A stretch of 48,081 bases of DNA from Deltaproteobacteria bacterium. GTDB taxonomy: Bacteria > Myxococcota > Myxococcia > Myxococcales > 40CM-4-68-19. Both the position numbers and the translations under genes were made by a program. Numbering within the stretch: position 1 is the stretch's first letter; every line of letters starts with the position of its first letter. The notes under the pieces were generated by a model. The model ran no database searches. It was not told where the DNA came from and saw nothing but the letters and a program-made list of their open reading frames with translations. Shown piece after piece: positions 42,339 through 48,081 of the stretch. Location: the NCBI GenBank assembly GCA_043782365.1, contig JAYWAO010000593.1, positions 1 through 48,081 on the forward strand, written 5' to 3'.

Positions 42339-42416
42339 GGTGGCGTATTCCGAAGCGGTCGAGGAGCGGGACCGTGACTCCCGTGCAAGTCGGTGCGAGT
42401 CCGGCACGCCACCCTC
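42339..42416 (+). tRNA. tRNA-His-like element (anticodon GTG, encoded G-1:C73), a probable pseudo-tRNA or tRNA-like RNA
   Basis: Hand-folded cloverleaf. G-1 plus acceptor GTGGCGT/ACGCCAC. D arm TCCG/AGGA with a GG loop. Anticodon stem CGGGA/TCCCG, loop CCGTGAC. 5-nt variable loop. T arm GTCGG/CCGGC, loop TGCGAGT. Deviations from invariants: A8, C33, G55, and a 3' CTC instead of CCA. Confidence 0.55.
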
Positions 42417-42465
42417 TCGTCTCGAGAACGGGCCGGTGGCGCAGGGACGACCCGGGTGGTCAAGC

Positions 42466-42588
42466 GGACCGCGTCGCGCTGTCGCCGTCGCGCGCAACCT
42501 GGTCGAGCAGCCGGGCGGGACCCTCACCGTCGAGAGCCGGCCGGGCTCGGGGACTGCCTTTCGCGTCACGCTGCCGCCCTGTGCGTGA
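42466..42588 (+). pseudogene. 3' remnant of a histidine kinase (HATPase_c G2-box/C-terminus)
   Basis: The tail of ORF 42214..42588, ...AVAVARNLVEQPGGTLTVESRPGSGTAFRVTLPPCA*, matches the end of HATPase_c domains (…IV..HGG.I.VES..G.GT.F...LP). There is no upstream kinase body. Confidence 0.5.
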
Positions 42589-42620
42589 GCGAGGCCGGCG
42601 GCGCCCAGGCAGTCGACCCG

Positions 42621-43808
42621 CTACGGAAACGCGCCGCTGTCGAAGAAGTCTTCGAGGTCGTTCGCCGGCGCGACCCGCGCGCTCACCGGCAGGCCGAGGA
42701 CCTCCTGCAGCGACTTCAAGAGCGAGCTGTGCGTGTACCTGAACGGGCTCACGTAGCCAGGCTTCACGTGCGGGCCCGCCACCAGGAAAGGCGTGCTGGT
42801 GTTGAGCGCGGGCTCGTCCCAGACGACGAAGAGCGCGCCGCCGTGGGCCTGCACGAAGGCGAGGATGCCGGGCACGTTGTCGCGCAGGAAGGCGTCGCCG
42901 CCCGCGATGCACGCGCCCGTGGTCAGGCCGCTGGTGCAGCCGTTGGGGCAGCCCGAGGCGCCGTGCATGTCGTTGCAGAGGTTCGGCGTGATGAAAGTGT
43001 AGGCGGCGACGTCGCCGGCGTTGAGGTCGGCCTGGAAGCCGGCGCTGGTGAAGGCGCGGTGGTGCGCCGCGCACTCCGCGTTGGTGGCCGAGGGCGGGTT
43101 GCCCGCGACGTCCTGGAAGAAGACGAACGGGTCGTGCTTGGCGGCGTAGTAGCCGCTGCTGGTGACGGGGCAGGCGCCGGTCGCGCTGCCGAGCCCTTCT
43201 TGATACGAGCGCCAGGTCTTGCCGTTCGCGGCCGCCTTCAAGTGGGTGACGAGGTGGTCGGTGTCGCTGGTGCTGTTGCCCTGGGATGGGTCGCCGTCGC
43301 CCGTGAAGGTCTTGTCGGCGAAGGCGTTGGTGCCCGCCTCCATCCAGAGGTAGTGGGGCTCGCTGGGCACCAGCGGGCCGAGGTTGTCGCCGTAGTTCGA
43401 GGCGCTGCCGTACTGCGCCTTCAGCGTCCCGTTGATGTAGGGCGCGCTGGGGCTGCCGTAGACACCCGCGCCGAGCACATTGGTGCCGTCCTGGTTCTCC
43501 ATCGCGATGACGAAGACGTAGGGGACGTGGCCTGCATCCGTCCCCGCGTCGCTGCCGGCGTCCGCTCCTGCGTCGGCCCCTCCGTCCGTCCCGGCGTCGT
43601 GGCCTGCGTCGCTGCCCGCGTCAGCGCCCGCGTCGGGGGCGGCCGCGCAGTGACCCGAGGTGCACGCCTGGCCGGGCGCGCAGTCGGCGGCAGAGAGGCA
43701 GGCAGGCTGCGTCGCCACCGGGCCGCTGCAGGCGGCGGCGACGAGGGCCGCGAGCGCAGCAGGGCACCAAGGAGGTCCAAGGCGCGGCGGGCGGGTGGAG
43801 AGAGCCAT
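42621..43808 (-). CDS. Phosphoesterase-family (acid phosphatase/phospholipase C-like, PF04185-type) lipoprotein
   Basis: ORF 42621..43982 trimmed to MALSTRPPRLGPPWCPAALAALVAAAC (lipobox). One Cys-rich module, a (DAGx)n linker, then ...VFVIAMENQ..., PNLCNDMH, FVVWDE. Confidence 0.75.
   Translation of the reverse strand: MALSTRPPRLGPPWCPAALAALVAAACSGPVATQPACLSAADCAPGQACTSGHCAAAPDAGADAGSDAGHDAGTDGGADAGADAGSDAGTDAGHVPYVFVIAMENQDGTNVLGAGVYGSPSAPYINGTLKAQYGSASNYGDNLGPLVPSEPHYLWMEAGTNAFADKTFTGDGDPSQGNSTSDTDHLVTHLKAAANGKTWRSYQEGLGSATGACPVTSSGYYAAKHDPFVFFQDVAGNPPSATNAECAAHHRAFTSAGFQADLNAGDVAAYTFITPNLCNDMHGASGCPNGCTSGLTTGACIAGGDAFLRDNVPGILAFVQAHGGALFVVWDEPALNTSTPFLVAGPHVKPGYVSPFRYTHSSLLKSLQEVLGLPVSARVAPANDLEDFFDSGAFP
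43530..43634 (-). repeat. Imperfect 12-bp in-frame repeats encoding a (D-A-G-x)n linker
   Basis: Translation is PDAGADAGSDAGHDAGTDGGADAGADAGSDAGTDAG. Confidence 0.7.
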
Positions 43809-44022
43809 GCCGGAACCCAAGCACGGAGCGCGCAGCGGACGCAGCAGGCAATTGCCCGACCCGCCCCGGCCGTCCCCGCCCGAACGTTCGCCGTTCACCT
43901 GATCGACTGCGGCCGGACATCGGGCGGAGACCACGGGTGTGCGGCCTCCGCGAGCGTCCGCGCACCTGCGCGCAACTGGCACCGCGTCCGGCGCTGGCGC
44001 ATGGCTTGCAAAATGCCCGAGT

Positions 44023-45951
44023 GTGAAGCCGCTCTACGCCACGCTGGTCGCCCTCGGGCTGGCGGCCTGTGCGACAGGCGGCGGGCCGCACCCGGTGGAG
44101 CAGGTCACGCTGCGCGGCAACCTGGCGTTCGACGACGACGAGATCGTCGACCGGCTGGCGACGCGGCCGCCGCACGGCTGGCCGGTCAAGCTGCGCGAGG
44201 AGTTCGACCCCGTCGCGCTCGACGTGGACGCCGACCGCATCGAGACCTGGTACCGGGAGCACGGCTACTTCGACGCGAAGGTCACCGGCGTCAGGTCGAG
44301 CGAGCGCCCGAGCGGCGGCGAGCAGGTCGAGATCGACGTCGTCGAGGGCGGGGTGACCCTGCTGACCGCGGTCGCCTTCGAGGGCGCCGACGAGCTGCTG
44401 GCGAGGCAGGCGCTCGAGCGCAGCGACCTCATGCCGGTCCTCGGCCAGCCCTTCCTCGAGGCCGGGTACGAGAGCGCCAAGGCGGCGCTGGCGCGCGCGT
44501 TCCAGAGCCGCGGCTATGCCTACGCAAAGGTCACGGGCGTCGTCGAGGTGGACCGCGACCAGCGCCGGGCGACCGTCCGCTTCAAGCTGGCGCTCGGGCC
44601 GCTGACCACCTTCGGCAAGACGGAGATCCTCGGGCTCGACCGGATCGGCGAGAGCACCGTCCGCAGCCGCCTCGCGTGGAAGGAGGGCGACCCGTTCGAC
44701 CCCGATCTCGTCGAGAAGACCGAGGGGCTGCTCTTCGCCCTCGGCGTCTTCTCCTCGGTGCGCGTCTCGTTCGAGCACCGCCAGCAGCGCCCGGTCGCGG
44801 CGATGACCGTCCACCTCGGCGAGGGCACCCGCCACGAGGTGCGGCTGGGCTTCGGGGCGGCCCTCGACAGCACGCACTACGAGCTCCACGGCCGCGCCGG
44901 CTACACCGTCCACGGGATCTTCGACCAGCCGCTGCTCACCTTTCGCACCGACGCGACGCCCGGCTGGTCCTGGCAGCGCGGCGCGCCGTTCGAGTCGGGC
45001 CCGTCGGTCGAGCTGGTGGCGTCGCTCGAGCGCGATGACCTCTTCGTGCCCAGGCTGCACGGGCAGCTCCTCGGCGCCTTCGACCGCCGGCCGCGCATGG
45101 GCTACACGCTGACCGGGCCGCGGACCAGCCTGGGCGTGACCTGGCCGTTCGCGGGCGACGAGCTCAAGCTCTACGCCGGCTGGCAGCTCCAATACCTGAT
45201 CTTCGCCGCCTATGACCCGCTGGTCTTCGGCGGTGAATCCACCTCCGATTGGCTCGGGTACTACTCGCAGCAGCTGGTCTATGACACCCGCGACCTGCCG
45301 CTCGACGCGCACCGCGGGGTCTATGCCGCGATCGAAGTGCTCGAGGGCGGCCCGCTGGCCGGCGGCCGGGTCGGCTTCTTGCGGGTCACGCCCGAGGTGC
45401 GCGGCTATCTCCCCCTCGGCCACCGGCTGGTGCTGTCCGCGCGCGTCCGCTACGGCAGGCTGCTCACCGGGGGATTCGACGACGCGCCGCTGCCGGTGCG
45501 CTACCTCGGCGGCGGCGCCAACGACCACCGCGGCTTCGGCTTCCAGCGGCTCTCGCCCAGCCGGCTCGACAGCACCGGCGCCCGCATCCCGGTGGGCGGC
45601 ACCACCGACGTGCTCGGCAGCGTCGAGGCGCGCTGCGACCTGTTCACCATCGCCGGGCAGTGGCTTTCGGTGGCGGCCTTCGGCGACGCCGGCGACGTCA
45701 CCGGAGCAGGCGGAGCAGGCGGAGCAGGCGGGGCAGGCGGGGCAGGCGGGGCAGGCGCACCCGGCCTCGACCTCTCCCACCTGCACTACGCCGCCGGCCT
45801 GGGCCTGCGCTACTCCACGGTGGTCGGGCCGATCCGCGCCGACGTCGGCTACCGCCTCAACCGCTACGACGCCGCGGGCGCGGACGGGCTGGCCAACCCC
45901 GACCCGGGGAGCCGGCTGGCCTTCCACCTCAGCCTGGGGGAGGCCTTTTGA
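44023..45951 (+). CDS. tamA: Omp85-family TamA/BamA-like outer-membrane protein with a lipobox signal peptide
   Basis: ORF 43939..45951. Proposed GVG start is GTG 44023 (VKPLYATLVALGLAACATGG). POTRA-like repeats, C-terminal beta-barrel, terminal ...RLAFHLSLGEAF. The TamB-like gene overlaps its stop. Confidence 0.7.
   Translation: MKPLYATLVALGLAACATGGGPHPVEQVTLRGNLAFDDDEIVDRLATRPPHGWPVKLREEFDPVALDVDADRIETWYREHGYFDAKVTGVRSSERPSGGEQVEIDVVEGGVTLLTAVAFEGADELLARQALERSDLMPVLGQPFLEAGYESAKAALARAFQSRGYAYAKVTGVVEVDRDQRRATVRFKLALGPLTTFGKTEILGLDRIGESTVRSRLAWKEGDPFDPDLVEKTEGLLFALGVFSSVRVSFEHRQQRPVAAMTVHLGEGTRHEVRLGFGAALDSTHYELHGRAGYTVHGIFDQPLLTFRTDATPGWSWQRGAPFESGPSVELVASLERDDLFVPRLHGQLLGAFDRRPRMGYTLTGPRTSLGVTWPFAGDELKLYAGWQLQYLIFAAYDPLVFGGESTSDWLGYYSQQLVYDTRDLPLDAHRGVYAAIEVLEGGPLAGGRVGFLRVTPEVRGYLPLGHRLVLSARVRYGRLLTGGFDDAPLPVRYLGGGANDHRGFGFQRLSPSRLDSTGARIPVGGTTDVLGSVEARCDLFTIAGQWLSVAAFGDAGDVTGAGGAGGAGGAGGAGGAGAPGLDLSHLHYAAGLGLRYSTVVGPIRADVGYRLNRYDAAGADGLANPDPGSRLAFHLSLGEAF
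45703..45756 (+). repeat. 6 x 9-bp perfect-phase tandem repeat (GGAGCAGGC x3, GGGGCAGGC x3) encoding (GAG)6
   Basis: Read directly. Lies inside the barrel region of the Omp85 gene (…GDAGDVTGAGGAGGAGGAGGAGGAGAPGLD…). Confidence 0.9.
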
Positions 45952-48081
45952 CGGGCCAGCGCAAAGGCCCGCCCGCGGCGCTGCAGCGGAGCCTCTGGGC
46001 GAAGGCCGCCCGCCGGTCGGGCCTCGGCCTGCTCGCGCTGCTCGCGCTCGTAGCCGGCGCGGTCGCGCTCTCGTTCACGCTCGTCGGCACCGACTGGGCC
46101 CGCGAGCGCTTGCGCCGCTTCGCCGAGGCGCAGCTGGGCGCCCTCTTCGCGGGGACGGTCTCGGTGGGCGAGGTCACGGGCTCGCCGCTCTCCAGGCTGC
46201 GGGTCGCGGGGCTGCAGCTGCGCGGCCCGGACGGCGAGCCGCAGATCGCCGTCGGCCCGGTGGAGGTGGCCTGGAGCCCATCCTCGCTGCTCCACCAGCA
46301 GGTGCGGGTGCTCGAGGTGACCCTCGACCATCCGGTGGTGCGGGGCAGGCTGCTCGCCGACGGCACGCTCGACCTCGCCTCGCTCCTGCGGCCGGTCCCC
46401 GCGACGGCCGCTGCCAGCGCGCCCGCCGTCGCGAGCGCGTGGACGGTGGTGGTGGAGCGCGTGGTGGTGCGGGACGGCGCCCTGGCGCTGCCCGCCTTCG
46501 AGAGCACGGTGGCGCTCGGGGGGCTGCAGGTCGACGGCGCGCTGCGCGTCGACCATGGCCGGTTCGACCTGGACGCCAGCCGCATCGCCGCGAGCTACGG
46601 TGAGCCTGGCCGGGCGCTGGCGGTGACGGGCTCCGGCCGGCTCTCGATCGGGCCGGGGCGAACGCTTACTCCTCTGCGGGAAGGCGGCCCGGGCGCGGCG
46701 GAGAAGGCCGGCTCGACGATCAACCTCAGCGGCCTCGACCTGCGCGTCGGCGCCTCGCGGGTCAGGGTCTCGCAGGCGACCCTGGAGAGCAGCGGCGCGC
46801 TCTCCGCCGCGCTCGAGGTGGAGGCGGCCGCGGAGGACGCGGCCCGCTTCGCACCCGGCGCCGAGGTGGCTGGCGCGGTGGAGCTGGGCGGAACGGTGAC
46901 CCGCGAGCGCGACGGGCAGCCGCTGGTGGCCGTCCTGCACGGGCGGGCGCTCGGCGGCCAGTTCACCGGCGCGCTCTCCTTCGACCCGTCGGCTCCGGCG
47001 GTGCGCGGCGAGCTGCACGGCGTGGAGCTGGTCCCCCCCGTGGGGCCCAAGGCGCAGGCCAGCTTCGACCTGAAGCTCGACCTCGCGGGCTTCACCGCCG
47101 CCGCTGCCAAGGGCACGCTGGAGCTCGGCGCGCGCGGCGTGGTCGCCGGGCAGAGGGTGGACGCGCTCCGGGTGCGCGCCTCCATCGCCTCGGGAGTCGT
47201 CGTCCTCGACGGCGAGGTCCGCGTCCCGGGAGCACACGCCGGGCTCCGCGGGAGGGCCCGTGTCGGTAATGAACTGGTTATCGAGACGGCGCGCCTGCGG
47301 GCCGAGGTCCGGGACCTCAAGCTCTTCCGCGCCTTGCGCCCGGGGCTGTCCGGCTCAGCGGCCCTCGATCTGACCGCGCGCGGCGCCCTCACCTCGCTCT
47401 CGGCGCGCGGCTGGCTGCGCGCGAAAGACCCGGCGCTGGCGCCGCTGCGCGCGGCGTCGCTGCGGTTGGGGTTCGACGTGAGCGGCCTGCCCGGCGCGCC
47501 CGCTGGCAACGCCCAGCTGGAAGTGCTCGGCGCCGCGGTGGGCCAGGAGCCCCTGGGAACAGTGAGCGCCGAGGTCAATACGCGCGGGCGCCGATCGTAC
47601 GAGGTGAAGCTCAAGAGCAGCGGGCCCGGTGCCACCTACGGCGGTAGCCTCTCCGCGCGCGTCACGCGGGAGCGGGCGGCGGTCCGCGTCGCGCTCGGCG
47701 ACCTCGCCGTCACCGCGCGGGGCCTCGCCTTTACCGGCCGCGGGGGGGAGGTGCTCCTCGGCCGGGACGGCGAGCTCAGCGTGCGCGACCTCGCGCTCAC
47801 CTCCGCGGCCGGCGGCGTGCAAGCGAGCGGAGCAGTGACGCTGCCTCGCGCTGGAGCCCGGTCGCGCGGCGGGCGCCGGCCTGGCAGCCTTCCTGGTGGC
47901 CTTCCTGGAGGCCTTCCCGAGAGCCTGCCTGAGGGTCGCCTCGAGGTGCGCGTGACCGGGGCCGACCTGGCCAGGCTCCGCGCCGCCCTCGCGCCTGGGC
48001 TAGAGCCGCTGGCCGGCAGGATCGACCTCGTGGCCGCGGTGCTCAGCCAGGGAGGCGCGCTCTCGCTCAAAGGCACGGCCA
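45948..48081 (+). CDS. tamB: TamB-like (AsmA-like superfamily) giant protein, N-terminal about 710 aa; continues beyond the window end
   Basis: Not in the ORF track (open-ended). My translation from TTG 45948 (GGGGGAGG upstream, TTGA overlap with the tamA-like stop) gives LTGQRKGPPAALQRSLWAKAARRSGLGLLALLALVAGAVALSF (signal anchor), then a repetitive beta-rich body with no stop up to 48081. Confidence 0.6.
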   Translation, partial: MTGQRKGPPAALQRSLWAKAARRSGLGLLALLALVAGAVALSFTLVGTDWARERLRRFAEAQLGALFAGTVSVGEVTGSPLSRLRVAGLQLRGPDGEPQIAVGPVEVAWSPSSLLHQQVRVLEVTLDHPVVRGRLLADGTLDLASLLRPVPATAAASAPAVASAWTVVVERVVVRDGALALPAFESTVALGGLQVDGALRVDHGRFDLDASRIAASYGEPGRALAVTGSGRLSIGPGRTLTPLREGGPGAAEKAGSTINLSGLDLRVGASRVRVSQATLESSGALSAALEVEAAAEDAARFAPGAEVAGAVELGGTVTRERDGQPLVAVLHGRALGGQFTGALSFDPSAPAVRGELHGVELVPPVGPKAQASFDLKLDLAGFTAAAAKGTLELGARGVVAGQRVDALRVRASIASGVVVLDGEVRVPGAHAGLRGRARVGNELVIETARLRAEVRDLKLFRALRPGLSGSAALDLTARGALTSLSARGWLRAKDPALAPLRAASLRLGFDVSGLPGAPAGNAQLEVLGAAVGQEPLGTVSAEVNTRGRRSYEVKLKSSGPGATYGGSLSARVTRERAAVRVALGDLAVTARGLAFTGRGGEVLLGRDGELSVRDLALTSAAGGVQASGAVTLPRAGARSRGGRRPGSLPGGLPGGLPESLPEGRLEVRVTGADLARLRAALAPGLEPLAGRIDLVAAVLSQGGALSLKGTA
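47883..47930 (+). repeat. 4 x 12-bp in-frame repeat encoding GSLP-GGLP-GGLP-ESLP
   Basis: Read directly in the TamB-like frame. Confidence 0.8.

Noticed and set aside
42384-42420. Cobalamin-riboswitch-like core (AAGTCGGTGCGAGTCCGGCACG resembles the GGTGnGAnTCCGG hairpin)
   Set aside because: The upstream GGGAA element, the CCCGC..CTGT segment, the B12 box (GCCACTG) and the 3' pairing element are all absent. No B12-related gene lies downstream. The same nucleotides fit a complete tRNA cloverleaf much better.
42393-45038. 881-aa plus-strand ORF, and the 768-aa minus-strand ORF at 43621..45927
   Set aside because: Both are shadow ORFs overlapping the phosphoesterase and Omp85 genes in other frames or on the opposite strand. 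Their composition is R/G/A-rich and they have no motifs.
45703-45756. Tandem repeats (also 22443-22478, 43530-43634, 47883-47930) as possible CRISPR arrays
   Set aside because: The units are 9-12 bp, directly abutting with no spacers, in frame within CDSs, and no cas genes are present.
1-48081. Mobile elements, integrases, prophage or defence-system genes, and rRNA genes
   Set aside because: I read all six frames of the ORF track and the intergenic regions. I found no transposase, integrase, recombinase, Cas, restriction, toxin-antitoxin or phage structural signatures, and no rRNA-like sequence.

Overview
This is a very GC-rich bacterial chromosomal segment (roughly 70-75% GC by eye). Many lipobox lipoproteins, Cys-rich repeat modules, multihaem cytochromes and a sigma54-like promoter suggest a Myxococcota/deltaproteobacterial-type organism, but that is inference only.

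Content in order:
1. The 5' part of a penicillin-acylase-family lipoprotein gene (minus strand) that runs off the window start.
2. A translationally coupled nnrS-napD-napA-napB operon (minus strand) with no napC or napGH.
3. Divergent from it, a [NiFe]-hydrogenase maturation cluster: hybE-hupK-hypC-hypD-hypE-(crotonase)-hypA-hypB-hypF-(Ni-permease-like). No structural hydrogenase genes are in the window.
4. A fetAB-like exporter, a MacB/FtsX 3' gene remnant and a Cys-rich lipoprotein.
5. A long minus-strand operon: giant AsmA-like/YdbH-family protein, YdbL(DUF1318)-like lipoprotein, TolB-like beta-propeller/TPR protein, and a small cytochrome c lipoprotein.
6. An sbtA-like permease with a divergent LysR regulator, a monohaem cytochrome c, and a decayed PNPOx/HugZ-like pseudogene.
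7. A six-gene plus-strand operon: nine-haem cytochrome c plus FdnI/HydC-type cytochrome b (a split CbcL-like module), an M56 metalloprotease, an anchored unknown, a sensor kinase with a periplasmic CxxCH motif, and a NarL-type regulator.
8. Small unknowns, glutaryl-CoA dehydrogenase, a DUF3494 lipoprotein, and a winged-helix protein translationally coupled to an ATP-grasp enzyme.
9. A 547-bp non-coding gap holding a geometrically perfect but invariant-mutated tRNA-His-like cloverleaf and a histidine-kinase 3' remnant.
10. A phosphoesterase lipoprotein and a TamA(lipobox)/TamB-like pair that runs off the 3' end.

I saw no rRNA, CRISPR, IS/transposase or integrase signatures. Many long R/G/A/P-rich ORFs in the supplied track are antisense or out-of-frame shadows typical of high-GC DNA.

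Best follow-up candidates: the split CbcL-like/M56/haem-sensor operon, the tRNA-His-like element, the YdbH-YdbL-propeller/TPR operon, the crotonase inside the hyp operon, and the wHTH/ATP-grasp pair. All family assignments come from reading the translations by eye; no database search was run.
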